NCBI GenBank assembly: GCA_965203805.1
Contig: OZ241917.1
Span: 4,544,001 to 4,608,000, forward strand
Reading direction: 5' to 3'
Source: Candidatus Latescibacterota bacterium
Lineage (GTDB): Bacteria; Latescibacterota; UBA2968; GCA-2709665
DNA: 64,000 bases
Shown here: in pieces, positions 48,123 to 58,682 of the stretch
Position numbering within the stretch: the first letter of the stretch is position 1
Layout: each line of letters starts with the position of its first letter
Made by a program: the position numbers and the translations under genes
Notes under the pieces: generated by a model
Databases searched by the model: none
Told to the model about the DNA's origin: nothing
The model's input: only the letters and a program-made list of their open reading frames with translations

Positions 48123-49007
48123 ATGGACGCCTATGAGCGATATCATTTCGACGTGAACGGGTACATTGTGGTCGAGGACATACTGACTCCGGACGAGGTG
48201 GCGGCGCTGAACGAGGCGATCGACCGCAATCCGGATCAGGTCCACGTCCGGAAGGGCGAGTTGCTGCTGTCCGGCGCAGCCAAACAGCACGGAGGCAAGG
48301 CAGCGCCTTTGTTGAAGGGCACCCACGGCCGTGGGGACATCATGGACATTCTGAAATGGCCCGAACCCTGGTGCCAGCCCTTCCGGGACCTGCTGACGCA
48401 TCCGCGGGCGATGCGGTATATGCTGGAACTGATCGGCGACGGGTTTCGCTACGGCAACGCGAACGGGATCAGCATGACGGCCGGCGCCGAGGGGTTCCTG
48501 TTTCACGGCGGAGGCACCCCCAGGGGTCCGTATTATTACGATTTCCAGGATGGGCGGATGTGGAACGGGCTGATGGCCGTCTGCTATCAGTTGACGGACG
48601 TCGGTCCGGGAGACGGAGGGTACGCCTGCATCCCCGGCAGCCACCGGGCGAACTATCCCTGCCCCAGTGACGTCCGGCGCCTGGATGCCCACCCGGAGTG
48701 GTTCAAACATCTCCCGATGAAGGCGGGTTCGGCGCTGATCTTCACCGAGGCGCTCACCCACGGCACGCTTCCCTGGACGGCGTCCCACGAACGGCGAACG
48801 CTGCTCTACAGGTATGGCTCGGGGGATATGGTCTTCGGCTCGGGGCCGGCCATCCGTCCGGCGGGCTACGAGTCGTTCAAGGACGAGTTGACGCCCTTGC
48901 AGCGCGCGCTGATGGAGCCGCCCTACGCCAGCAGGCGGCCCAGTCTCGTGCCGCTGATGGAAGAAGACGAGCGACGACGGGAAGCCGCGCAATCCGCAGA
49001 AGCCTGA
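48123..49007 (+). CDS. PhyH-family Fe(II)/2-oxoglutarate enzyme
   Basis: FDVNGYIVVEDIL, YQLTDV..GDGG..IPGSH, KAGSALIF..ALTHG..W..ERR; HGG in place of HxD. Confidence 0.88.
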   Translation: MDAYERYHFDVNGYIVVEDILTPDEVAALNEAIDRNPDQVHVRKGELLLSGAAKQHGGKAAPLLKGTHGRGDIMDILKWPEPWCQPFRDLLTHPRAMRYMLELIGDGFRYGNANGISMTAGAEGFLFHGGGTPRGPYYYDFQDGRMWNGLMAVCYQLTDVGPGDGGYACIPGSHRANYPCPSDVRRLDAHPEWFKHLPMKAGSALIFTEALTHGTLPWTASHERRTLLYRYGSGDMVFGSGPAIRPAGYESFKDELTPLQRALMEPPYASRRPSLVPLMEEDERRREAAQSAEA

Positions 49008-49038
49008 AACGCCCGACCGGTTATTCGGAGAAGTTCGA

Positions 49039-51429
49039 ATGCTTTGTCTTGCAAATCCGGACGCCGCGATTCTGGAAATTGTCCTTCTGACGATCTCCTT
49101 CGTCCTGCCCTGCCTTGGCGCGGTGTTCTTCCTTGCGCCGAACGGAGACGACTCGGGGTCGGGCGGGCGCGCGTCACCCTGGAGAAGCATCCGCCGGGCA
49201 AACGCAGCCTTGACGCCGGGCGATACCCTGGTCTTTTTCCCAGGGGTATACGAGGGCGCGATCGCCCCGGAGCACGGAGGGACGCCGGATGCTCCCATCC
49301 ACTACCGGTCTGACGTCAGGCACCGGGCCGTGCTTGCGGGTGGGGGCGACAATCAGCCCGCTTTGGATCTTCATGAGAAGCACAACATCCGAATCGAAGG
49401 GTTTCGGATCGCGCCCGGCGACGGGCGTTGGCTGCGCGCCGATGGATGCGACCGGCTTTCGGTAACGGGGTGTTATATGGAGAAAGCCGGTAACGCGACG
49501 CCGTTCGTGCTGACAGGGTGCACGCACGTGCGGCTTATCGACAACGTGTTCCGGAAGGACCGCGTTGGCGGCAATATGTGCCAGGTCGTGGAATGCACGT
49601 ACGTGCTCATCGAGGGGAACGCGTTCTCGCGGGCCGGGCACTGCCCGCTGCAGATTTCGATGACGAACAACCTGGTCGTTCGGTCGAATTGCTTCCACAA
49701 TCCCTGGGGGCGCAACTACGAATTCTGGGCTTCCGGGAGGGCGCTGGTTGAGGGGAATATCGTTACCGAGGCGCTCGACAGCGCGCATTCGGCGGACAGC
49801 CGCGCGAAGAATCTGTTGATCGACGGCATCGTCCGCTTCAACCGGGTCTACGGCAACCTGCATACGCCTCTCAATTCATCCAGCTACGTGCCCGTCAACT
49901 ACCTCGTGCGCGATCCGTTCCGCTTCGTCAACTCCAGGGTGTACCACAATACGATTGCGGACAACCTCGGGTACGGGTGGGAAATCACCGGGGTCAACGT
50001 GAGTTCGAATGTGTTTGTGAACAACATCTTTTGCAGGAATGACAAGTACGGCGGAAATGTACAGATCGCGAGGGGCGCCGGGATTGCGGGCGACAACCTG
50101 TTTTTGAACAACGTGTTCCGGGGTACGGAGGCCGGACAGCGGGTCGTGCGGTACGGTGACCGGTTCCGGACGGTGGACGAGGCCAACAGGGCGTCGGTCG
50201 TGAGGGGGCACTGGCGGGAATTCGAGGATAACCTGGACGTGGACCCCTGTTTCGTGGATTCGGAAAACCGGGATTTTCGCCTGCGTCCGGGCAGTCCGTG
50301 CATTCATGCGGGACGTGCGCTGACCGTGACGAGACGTGCCGGGCGGGGCCGGGAGGTTCCGGTGGACGACGGCGGATACTTCTACGACGGGTTCGGCATT
50401 GAAGGTGAGATGGGAGACAGGGTCGCCATAGGAAGGGCAGGCCGGATTGCCCGTATTGAAAAAGTCCTGCTCAACTACTATCAGCCGGACCTGCTCATTC
50501 TGGACCGGGAGATGCAATGGGACGCCGGCGCGCCGGTCAGCCTGCCCTGGTGCGGGGAGGCGCCGGATATCGGCGCTTACGAACGGGGCCTCCCGGGATC
50601 TGGACGGGGGATTGCACGGGCGGAACCGGTCGACACCGAACCGGGGCGGGAGGTGAGGTTTTTCGCAGAGCCGGCCGGAAAGGCCGTCGCGGCGGTCCGT
50701 TGGGATTTCGGCGACGGAGAGACCGCACCGGGTTGTGAAGCGGTACACGTCTATTCGGAATGCGGGCATCATCCCGCGCGGGTCCGGGTGCGGTATGTGG
50801 ATGGCGACGAGGAGGCGGACGTGGTCTTTGTAAAGGTGAATCAGCCGGTTGACCCCCGCGCGCCGATGCTCGTGGTCGATTTCGAAGAAGAGACGACGCA
50901 GGAGTGGGGGTACCTGTTCAAGATCTACCGGGGAAACCGGCTGACGGGACACGAATTCGTCGCGGACGGTTTCGGGGGCGGCAGATGCGTCCGGCTGTTC
51001 GCGGAGGCGGACGGCTCCGACCTGGGCTGCAGTCTCGCTCCCGGAGAATGGGATATCGACACCTATCCGTTCATCCGGTTTGCCTACCGGATTCCCAGGG
51101 GGGCGCCGGTGGGTCTGTGGCTTCAGGCGTTTCCGGCGGAGGCGTACGGTGAGGGGGTTGTGATTGCCGGAGGGACGTCGTCGCGCGAGTCCGGCCCGTA
51201 CCCGGACACAGGCGCCTGTACATTGATGGACGACGGCCGCTGGCACGTGGCTGTACTGGATGCAAGGACGATTCGCGAGCGGATCGGGGAGGTGCGTTAT
51301 CTTCGCCGTTTCCGGTTCTATACGCACGGGAACGCGAAAGAAGGACACCAGTTCTGGTTCGACGAGTTCGAGATTTCGCCGGCTGGTCGATCGGGTCCCA
51401 CGGAATCGCACGGAAAACTGCGAATATGA
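49039..51429 (+). CDS. secreted right-handed beta-helix protein with PKD domain
   Basis: Hydrophobic N-terminus, FFLAPNGDDSGSG...SPWRSI, Asn-rich repeats, DFRLRPGSPCI, WDFGDG. Confidence 0.8.
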   Translation: MLCLANPDAAILEIVLLTISFVLPCLGAVFFLAPNGDDSGSGGRASPWRSIRRANAALTPGDTLVFFPGVYEGAIAPEHGGTPDAPIHYRSDVRHRAVLAGGGDNQPALDLHEKHNIRIEGFRIAPGDGRWLRADGCDRLSVTGCYMEKAGNATPFVLTGCTHVRLIDNVFRKDRVGGNMCQVVECTYVLIEGNAFSRAGHCPLQISMTNNLVVRSNCFHNPWGRNYEFWASGRALVEGNIVTEALDSAHSADSRAKNLLIDGIVRFNRVYGNLHTPLNSSSYVPVNYLVRDPFRFVNSRVYHNTIADNLGYGWEITGVNVSSNVFVNNIFCRNDKYGGNVQIARGAGIAGDNLFLNNVFRGTEAGQRVVRYGDRFRTVDEANRASVVRGHWREFEDNLDVDPCFVDSENRDFRLRPGSPCIHAGRALTVTRRAGRGREVPVDDGGYFYDGFGIEGEMGDRVAIGRAGRIARIEKVLLNYYQPDLLILDREMQWDAGAPVSLPWCGEAPDIGAYERGLPGSGRGIARAEPVDTEPGREVRFFAEPAGKAVAAVRWDFGDGETAPGCEAVHVYSECGHHPARVRVRYVDGDEEADVVFVKVNQPVDPRAPMLVVDFEEETTQEWGYLFKIYRGNRLTGHEFVADGFGGGRCVRLFAEADGSDLGCSLAPGEWDIDTYPFIRFAYRIPRGAPVGLWLQAFPAEAYGEGVVIAGGTSSRESGPYPDTGACTLMDDGRWHVAVLDARTIRERIGEVRYLRRFRFYTHGNAKEGHQFWFDEFEISPAGRSGPTESHGKLRI

Positions 51430-53411
51430 ATCGATCCGGGGCGAATTCCCCGCAGGAGACGCGGGCGTCGAGATTGAGGGAGGGGATCACCCTCCGGGCA
51501 GTGGTCATCGGCGTACTCGCCGTGGTCGCCATCAATCTCTGGGTGACCTACGCGGAGACGGTGGTGCGGTCCTCCCGGCTAAACCTGAGTTTCTTTCAGC
51601 TGACGCTGCTCAGCATTTTCATTGCGCTGGTGGGCGGCGTGAACCCGTTGATCCGGCGAATCAGGCCCCGCTCCGTTCTGTCACCGTCCGAGCTGCTGAC
51701 GGTGGCGGCAATCGGCATGGTCGGCTCGGTGGTGCCGACGTCCGGAGTTACCGGGTTCCTGGTGGGCGTGATCGGCAGCCCCATCTATTTCGCAACGCCC
51801 GAAAACGGGTGGGCGGAGTACTACCACCCGCATCTGAAGCCGTGGATGGCGCCGTCGGACAGCGGCGCCCTGCGGGCGTTCTTCGAGGGCGGCGGCGGCG
51901 GCGTTTCGGCGTGGAAGACCTGGCTGGCGCCGCTGGCGTGGTGGAGCAGCCTCGTCGCGGCCCTTCTGGTGGGCTCCGCGTGTGTCATGGTAATTCTGCG
52001 GCGGCAATGGGCGGAGCACGAGAAGCTGGTCTATCCGCTTGCCGCCGTGCCGATCGAAATGGCGGAGGGCGCGTCGTCCCGAAGCGCGTTGCCCGATTTC
52101 ATGAAAGGACGTCTTTTCTGGTTCGGGGCGGCATTGGCGTTCCTGCTGTTCGCCTGGCACGCCACCTCCTGGTTCTTTCACGGGATGCCGGGCATCCGGT
52201 TCTTTCCCCACGCCGGCTACTTCCGCTTCACCCGCTATTCTCCAGGCGTCTACATCCAGCCCCTGCAGTTCTATACCATCGGCTTCGCGTATTTCGCCAA
52301 CCTGCAGGTCTTGTTCAGCATCTGGTTCTTCTTTCTGGTGCACGTGGTGGAGGGCGGCATCTTCAACCGCCTCGGGTATCAGATCGAACGGTCCACCGAT
52401 ACCTTCAGTGCGGACCCGCCCACCGAAGCGTGGCAGTGCTTCGGCGCGCTGGCTTGTCTGGTCGCCTGGCGCCTCTGGGTGGCCCGGACACACCTGCGGG
52501 ACGTGTTCCTCAAGGCGATGCGGGCGGACCATCCCGTTGACGACGGCCGGGAGGTCCTTTCGTACCGGGCATCGGTCCTGGGGCTGCTGCTGAGCGGGGT
52601 CTACGCGCTGTTCTGGCTCCAGCGGTCCGGTATGGACGCGGTTTCGGCGGCGATGTTCCTGTTTGCCCTCGGCGTCATATACATCGGTCTGGCGCGGGTC
52701 GTTTCGGAGGCGGGGGTGGCCTACGCCCAGGGCACCGTAACGCCGCAGGCCTTCGTGATGGACCTGCGGGGCACCTACGGGCTCTCCGGCTCGTGCCTGA
52801 CGTCCATCGCGCTATCCTACGCACTGATCGACTATATGCGCGGGCTCTTCACGCCGGGCCTGGCGCAGGCCGTGCGTATTGCGGACCGGATCCGGGGGAA
52901 CCGGCGCCTTCTGCTGCTCTGTGTGACCGTGGGGGTGTTCGCGGGGCTTGCGTCATCGGTCTGGTTCACGCTTCACCTTGGCCATACGCACGGCGCGTAC
53001 AATTTCTCGCGCCTGTTTTTCAACGGGAATCCCAAGGCTGTCTTTTCCACCACGCTGGGACAGATGCGCACGCCGGGGGCGCCGGAGTTGAGCCGGTTGT
53101 TGTTTTTCGGGATCGGTGCGGGTCTGATGGGGGCGCTCACCTTCCTGCGCTACCGGTACTCCTGGTGGCCGATCCATCCCATCGGGCTGGCCGTCGCCGC
53201 CGCCGATAACGTGTACAGCCTGGCGATGCCGGTGTTCATGGCCTGGGCCGCCAAGGCGGTGGTCATGCGGGTGGGCGGGGTTGCGCTCTACCGGCGTTCC
53301 AAGCCGCTGTTCCTGGGCCTGCTGGTGGGATATACGGCGGGCGTGGTACTGGCTTTCACAGTCGACGCCGTGTGGTTTCCCGGACAGGGACACCAGGTGC
53401 ACTGGTGGTAG
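51426..53411 (+). CDS. DUF6785/DUF6784-type polytopic membrane protein 1
   Basis: RRQWAEHEKLVYPLA, WWPIHPIG, PLFLGLLVG; many TM helices. Confidence 0.75.
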   Translation: MNRSGANSPQETRASRLREGITLRAVVIGVLAVVAINLWVTYAETVVRSSRLNLSFFQLTLLSIFIALVGGVNPLIRRIRPRSVLSPSELLTVAAIGMVGSVVPTSGVTGFLVGVIGSPIYFATPENGWAEYYHPHLKPWMAPSDSGALRAFFEGGGGGVSAWKTWLAPLAWWSSLVAALLVGSACVMVILRRQWAEHEKLVYPLAAVPIEMAEGASSRSALPDFMKGRLFWFGAALAFLLFAWHATSWFFHGMPGIRFFPHAGYFRFTRYSPGVYIQPLQFYTIGFAYFANLQVLFSIWFFFLVHVVEGGIFNRLGYQIERSTDTFSADPPTEAWQCFGALACLVAWRLWVARTHLRDVFLKAMRADHPVDDGREVLSYRASVLGLLLSGVYALFWLQRSGMDAVSAAMFLFALGVIYIGLARVVSEAGVAYAQGTVTPQAFVMDLRGTYGLSGSCLTSIALSYALIDYMRGLFTPGLAQAVRIADRIRGNRRLLLLCVTVGVFAGLASSVWFTLHLGHTHGAYNFSRLFFNGNPKAVFSTTLGQMRTPGAPELSRLLFFGIGAGLMGALTFLRYRYSWWPIHPIGLAVAAADNVYSLAMPVFMAWAAKAVVMRVGGVALYRRSKPLFLGLLVGYTAGVVLAFTVDAVWFPGQGHQVHWW

Positions 53412-53532
53412 CCGGAAACGGTCTTCGCATTCCCTGTGGTTGCACCACGTGATACGCCGTTGGCGCCTCAAGCGGAAGAAACACGCACACGTTCCGGATC
53501 CTCCCGTCTGAAACACGTTCGAAACGAGACCC

Positions 53533-55503
53533 ATGGAATCGTCGCCGATACATACCGGGGCGCCACACGCCGGGAACCCCGGGGACAAACCTGGCGGAGT
53601 CACCGCGAGGTCGGTGGGAGTCGGCCTTCTTTTGGTGGTGTTCGTCAACTTCTGGATCCTCTACTCGCTGTACCTGATCCGGGCTTCCTGGCTGCAGGTG
53701 ACCCATTTTCCCATGGGGCTGTTCGTGCCCTTCATGCTCCTGGCGCTGTTTGCGAATCCCGCGCTCAAGGCGCTCCGGCGCGGCAGGGGTCTGTCGCGGT
53801 CGGAGATTCTGGTGGTGGCCGCGATGGGCCTGACCGGCGCGATGGTGCCCGGATTCAGCCTGATGACCACGCTCCTGGGGACCATCTCGGTTCCGTACTA
53901 CATGGCGACCCCGGAAAACCAGTGGAGCGCCTTCTTCCATCTCCACATGCCGGACTGGATCGCACCGTCGAACCGGGGCGGCACGATGCGGATGCTGTTC
54001 GAAGGCCTCCCGTCGAGGGACACGCCGATTCCCCTGGGCGCCTGGGCCGGTCCATTGACCTGGTGGATGGCCCTGGTGGGTGCGTTCGCGTTCGCTTCGA
54101 TGTGCCTGATGGTGATCCTGCGCCGGCAGTGGGTGGAGTACGAACGGCTGGTGTACCCGCTCGCGCAGGTGGCCGCCGACATGGCCGGCGACGAGGGGGA
54201 CGGGCGTTCGCTTCCGGGGTTCATGCGCACCCGTGCGTTCAAGTTCGGCTTCGGGGCGGCCACCCTGGTCATGACCTGGAACATGATGTCTCATTTCGCG
54301 CCGTGGTTTCCCGAGATACCGCTCGGCATCCCGTCGAGGTGGACCACGTTCTTCAAGGGATTTCCGCCGCTCCACACGACCATCAACTTCTACACGATCG
54401 GATTCGCCTATCTGGCCAACCTGGATGTACTCTTCAGCATCTGGTTCTTCCACTTCATGGCGATGTGGGAGGTCTTTGTGTTCGGAAGGCTGGGCGTGGG
54501 GGGCATCTCCGGCGGAGCGGCCGTGTCGTGGCAGAGTATCGGCGCGTTGTGTACGCTGGTGGTGTGGGGGCTGTGGACCGCCCGGAAACACCTCCGCCAG
54601 GTTCTCAGAGGGGCGCTCCACCCGGGCGCCGACGATGCTGAGGAGATCCTGTCCTATCGGACGGCTGCGTGCGGCGCGGCGCTGAGCCTGATCTTCATCG
54701 TTGCCTGGTTCTACAATGCCGGCATGGGCATGCTTCTTTCAGCCGTGCTGGTTCTGCTCTTTTTCGTTACCTATCTGGGCATCGCGCGGGTGGTGGCGCA
54801 GTCGGGCCTGCTTTACGTCAGTTCCCCGATGTTTCCCCAAACCGCGATCCTGCGCGCCGTGGGCCCCGCCGCGATTCCCGGGCGCGCAATGACGGCATTG
54901 GCCTTTTCCTTCGCCCTGCGCAACGACGGCCGCGGGCTCTTCATGCCAGCCCTGGCGCACGTGGCGAAAATCGGCGACCTGATCGGCGGGGACCGGCGCC
55001 GGCTCGGTTACGCCGTGGCGCTGGGCCTTGCCGGCGCCGTGGCGACGTCTGTCGGCCTGACGCTCTACTGGGGATATACGATCGGCGCGTATAATTTCGG
55101 CAGTATCGCGCTGTTGCGGCGGACGGTTCCCACCTTCAACTGGTTTGCGGGGATGATGTCCAGCCCGGATCCGGTGAAGCCCGAGGTGTTCGGGTATTTC
55201 GGCGCCGGCTGCGCCGCGATGCTCGCGCTGACGTTTCTGCGTTACCGACTGCCATGGTGGCCGCTGCATCCGCTGGGTCTGGCCGTGACCTGGTCGGGAA
55301 TGACGGTACACTCGGTACTCTCGGTTTTTCTGGCCTGGGCGGTAAAGGGTATCGTACTGAAGGCAGGCGGCGTTTTTCTGTACCGGCGATCCATTCCTTT
55401 TTTCCTGGGGTTGATGGTCGGATACGCGCTCAACGTGGGCGTTTCGTTCGTGCTTGACATCACGTATTTCGGCGGGGAGGGCCACGGCGTACATGCCTAT
55501 TGA
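53533..55503 (+). CDS. DUF6785/DUF6784-type polytopic membrane protein 2
   Basis: RRQWVEYERLVYPLA, WWPLHPLG, PFFLGLMVG. Confidence 0.75.
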   Translation: MESSPIHTGAPHAGNPGDKPGGVTARSVGVGLLLVVFVNFWILYSLYLIRASWLQVTHFPMGLFVPFMLLALFANPALKALRRGRGLSRSEILVVAAMGLTGAMVPGFSLMTTLLGTISVPYYMATPENQWSAFFHLHMPDWIAPSNRGGTMRMLFEGLPSRDTPIPLGAWAGPLTWWMALVGAFAFASMCLMVILRRQWVEYERLVYPLAQVAADMAGDEGDGRSLPGFMRTRAFKFGFGAATLVMTWNMMSHFAPWFPEIPLGIPSRWTTFFKGFPPLHTTINFYTIGFAYLANLDVLFSIWFFHFMAMWEVFVFGRLGVGGISGGAAVSWQSIGALCTLVVWGLWTARKHLRQVLRGALHPGADDAEEILSYRTAACGAALSLIFIVAWFYNAGMGMLLSAVLVLLFFVTYLGIARVVAQSGLLYVSSPMFPQTAILRAVGPAAIPGRAMTALAFSFALRNDGRGLFMPALAHVAKIGDLIGGDRRRLGYAVALGLAGAVATSVGLTLYWGYTIGAYNFGSIALLRRTVPTFNWFAGMMSSPDPVKPEVFGYFGAGCAAMLALTFLRYRLPWWPLHPLGLAVTWSGMTVHSVLSVFLAWAVKGIVLKAGGVFLYRRSIPFFLGLMVGYALNVGVSFVLDITYFGGEGHGVHAY

Positions 55504-55522
55504 AAGACGGGAGAAGCGTAGA

Positions 55523-56776
55523 ATGCAGATGGGTAGATGGTTAGCGTTGGCCTGGTTCTTCGTTTCCGCGCTAACCGGCTGCGGCGGGCCCGATGATGGA
55601 TCGTCCGGCGGAAAGGTGACGCTCAGAATCGCCTGGATGGGCCCCGAACGGGAAGCGTTCCGGGCGTGGAAGAAGGGATTTGAAGCGGAACATCCCGACG
55701 TGAGGATCGAGCAGCGGTTCATCCCGTACGATCAGGGGCCGACGGTTTACAATACGATGATTCAGGGCGGAAATCTTCCGGACCTGGGATATCTGTTCAT
55801 GGGGATGATTTCGGAGTATGCGGAGCGGGGGGTACTGGAGCCGCTGGACGACTATATGACGGAGGACGAACGCAACGCGTGGATTTCCACGGCGCTCAGC
55901 GCCGGCGAGTACCGGGGAAAAACGTACGGGGTGCCGCTGTGGGGCGCCAACCGGGTTCTCTACGTACGCAGGGACTGGATGGAAGAGGCAGGGGTGAGCG
56001 CGCCGCCCGATACGTGGGAGGCGGTCCGGGAACTGGCAATCAAGCTGAATAGGCCGCCCGAGCGCTACGGGATCTGTGTGGGCGCGGGAAGGCCGAAACA
56101 CCTGATGCAGGAGCAGATCGCCATGATGTGGGGCTTTGGCGCCGATTTCTTCGACCGGGACGGCAGGCTGGCGATCAACAGCCCCGAGGCGGTGGCGTAC
56201 GTGAAGTTTCTTACGGATATGCACCGGGTGGACCGGGTCATGCCGCCGGGCATCCTGAATCTGAACGCGGATGATTGCTATGCGGTCATGGACGCGGGAA
56301 AGGCGGGTCTGACGTTCAGCGGGCCGTGGCAGTACGAGCGGTGCCGGGATGCCGGGATCGCGTGCGAGCCGCTGATGACGCCGGCGGGGCGCGACCGGAA
56401 GATGCTGCTGATTCTGGACATCTTCTCCGTGTTTTCCACGTCGAAACGGAAGGATCTGGCGTATGATTTCATCCGCTTTACGCAGCGGCCGGAAAACCGC
56501 GAGATGATGGACGTGGAGAACGGGGGCGTGCCGGTGACCAACGCGGTGTCGGAGCACGCGTATTACCGGACCGTGCCGATCCGCAATTACCTGGCGCAGG
56601 CGGACCTGATCGAGCTGACGCCGAAGCACCCGGAATGGACGAAGATCCAGGACGGGTGGGGAGAGGCGATCCAGATGGTGCTGGCGGGTACGGCGTCTCC
56701 GCGTGAGGCGCTGGATACGGTCTATGCACGTCTGATGAGGGAACTGGAAGACCCCACGCTTCCGCGCGAGGACTAA
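55523..56776 (+). CDS. sugar ABC transporter substrate-binding lipoprotein
   Basis: Lipobox LTGC; GKTYGVP, PPDTWE, AINSPEAV. Confidence 0.88.
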   Translation: MQMGRWLALAWFFVSALTGCGGPDDGSSGGKVTLRIAWMGPEREAFRAWKKGFEAEHPDVRIEQRFIPYDQGPTVYNTMIQGGNLPDLGYLFMGMISEYAERGVLEPLDDYMTEDERNAWISTALSAGEYRGKTYGVPLWGANRVLYVRRDWMEEAGVSAPPDTWEAVRELAIKLNRPPERYGICVGAGRPKHLMQEQIAMMWGFGADFFDRDGRLAINSPEAVAYVKFLTDMHRVDRVMPPGILNLNADDCYAVMDAGKAGLTFSGPWQYERCRDAGIACEPLMTPAGRDRKMLLILDIFSVFSTSKRKDLAYDFIRFTQRPENREMMDVENGGVPVTNAVSEHAYYRTVPIRNYLAQADLIELTPKHPEWTKIQDGWGEAIQMVLAGTASPREALDTVYARLMRELEDPTLPRED

Positions 56777-56938
56777 GAAGCTGTCTTAAAATTCCCAGCG
56801 GTCTTCGCGCGGCTGCAAAAGCGCCGGTCAGCGTTGGTCAAACCCACCCGTATAGACAAATATGGGCGGATTTTCCCGCCTTGACCGACACTTTTTCGCT
56901 CGCGCTCGGGAACTCACCGGTAATTTTAAAACAGTTTC
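56777..56938. mobile_element. 162-bp MITE
   Basis: TIRs GAAGCTGTCTTAAAATT / GAAACTGTTTTAAAATT; TAA duplicated (56774-56776, 56939-56941). Confidence 0.8.
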
Positions 56939-56950
56939 TAAGGAGGCCGC

Positions 56951-57817
56951 ATGGAGCGGGAAAAACGCCGCTTGGCGTACCTTTACGTTGCCCCCGCGGC
57001 GGTGTGGTTGTTTCTGTTTATGGGAGTTCCCATTCTGGACGTGATGGAGACGAGTCTCTATCACACGTCCTACAAGGGAGAGACGTTTGCCGGGTTGGGG
57101 AATTACCGCGGACTTCTGCAGGACGATCTGTTTCTGCTGGTGCTGAAGAACACGGCGTTGTGGACGGCCCTGGCGGTTGCGATGAACGTGGGATTGGGGC
57201 TGGGCGTGGCGCTGTTGTTGAGCCGCGCATCGGTTTTCAGCGAATGGGTCAGGGGCCTGCTGATCCTCGCGTGGGCAATGCCGCTGGTGGTGGCGGCGAT
57301 CACCTGGAAGTGGATGTACAACGGTGAGTACGGGCACCTGAATTCGCTCTTGCTGGGCCTGCAACTTATCGATACGCCCATCCAGTGGCTGACAGACGCT
57401 TCGACGGCCTTTGCCGGGGCGCTGGTGGCCCGGTTGTGGACGGCGTTGCCGTTTACGGCGTTTGCGTTCCTGTCCGCGCTGCAGTCGATCCCCGGCGATC
57501 TGTACGAGGCTTCCACGATCGACGGGGCCACGGGATTCCGGCAATTCCGCCATATCACGCTGCCGCTGCTGCGTCCGGTCACGCTGGCGGTTCTGCTGGT
57601 CAGCGTAATCTGGTCGTTCAACAGCTTCGTCTTCATCTATGTCATTACGGCGGGCGGACCGGCGAACCAGACCCAGATTGTGGTTACGGAAATCTACCGA
57701 CGCGCGTTCGGATATTTCAACTTCGGGCAGGCCGGCGCGCTGACCGTTCTGGCGTTCTTTCTACTGCTCGGGATCAGCCTTCTGCAATGGCGGGTGTTCT
57801 ACAGGAGGGAGAACTAA
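56951..57817 (+). CDS. carbohydrate ABC transporter permease (MalF-like)
   Basis: GLGNY, EAA loop LYEASTIDGA, HITLPLLRP. Confidence 0.92.
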   Translation: MEREKRRLAYLYVAPAAVWLFLFMGVPILDVMETSLYHTSYKGETFAGLGNYRGLLQDDLFLLVLKNTALWTALAVAMNVGLGLGVALLLSRASVFSEWVRGLLILAWAMPLVVAAITWKWMYNGEYGHLNSLLLGLQLIDTPIQWLTDASTAFAGALVARLWTALPFTAFAFLSALQSIPGDLYEASTIDGATGFRQFRHITLPLLRPVTLAVLLVSVIWSFNSFVFIYVITAGGPANQTQIVVTEIYRRAFGYFNFGQAGALTVLAFFLLLGISLLQWRVFYRREN

Positions 57818-57819
57818 CC

Positions 57820-58656
57820 TTGGGACCGGTCCGTGTGCGGCCTGCGGGAGTATTGCGGGCGCTCCTGATGGCGGTCGTCGCCGCTTTCGCGCTATTTCCG
57901 TTTCTGGTCGTCGCGGGGACTTCCCTGAAGACGCTGGGCGAAGTGTTTCAGTCGCCGGCGACGCTGGTGCCCAGACTGTTTGCGTGGCAGAATTACGTGG
58001 ATATCTTCGTCCGGATTCCAATGACGCGCCATCTGGTGAACAGTCTGATCATCGCTGTGGGAACCACCGTTCTGAACATTGCCGTGGCGACTCCGGCGGC
58101 CTACGCGATGGCGCGCATCCGGTTTCGCGGCCGCGGGGCGTTCGGGCTGGGCATCCTCGTGATGCAGATGTTTTCCCCCGTGATCGTTCTGATTCCCCTG
58201 TTCAAGGTGATGAAGTCGCTTCATCTTCTGGACACGTACAGCGGCCTGATTCTGGTGAATACCGCCGTTACCCTGCCGTTTTCGATATGGATCCTGGCTG
58301 GGTTCTTCAGGCGCATTCCGGAAGAACTGGAAGATGCCGCGATGATCGACGGCCTATCAAGAACGGGGATGCTGTTCAGGATCGCCCTGCCGCTGACCGG
58401 GCCTGGCCTGGCGACGACCGCGATCTTTGCGTTCGTGACCGCCTGGAACGAGTTCATCTTCGCCCTGGTACTGGTTTCCCGGAGGGAAATGCAGCCGATC
58501 ACGATGGCGCTCTATTCATGGGAAAAGAACAACGTGGTGGAATGGAACCTGCTGATGGCCACCGCGGTGGTGGCGACGATTCCAACCGTGCTGCTGTTTC
58601 TGCTGGTCAGGAAGCGGCTGACGGCGGGTCTGATGTCGGGTGCGGTGAAGTCCTGA
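57820..58656 (+). CDS. carbohydrate ABC transporter permease (MalG-like)
   Basis: TTG start after AGGAGG; IPEELEDAAMIDG, AWNEF, GAVKS. Confidence 0.9.
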   Translation: MGPVRVRPAGVLRALLMAVVAAFALFPFLVVAGTSLKTLGEVFQSPATLVPRLFAWQNYVDIFVRIPMTRHLVNSLIIAVGTTVLNIAVATPAAYAMARIRFRGRGAFGLGILVMQMFSPVIVLIPLFKVMKSLHLLDTYSGLILVNTAVTLPFSIWILAGFFRRIPEELEDAAMIDGLSRTGMLFRIALPLTGPGLATTAIFAFVTAWNEFIFALVLVSRREMQPITMALYSWEKNNVVEWNLLMATAVVATIPTVLLFLLVRKRLTAGLMSGAVKS

Positions 58657-58682
58657 GCGCGCTCGATTCCGGGTTCCGCCGG

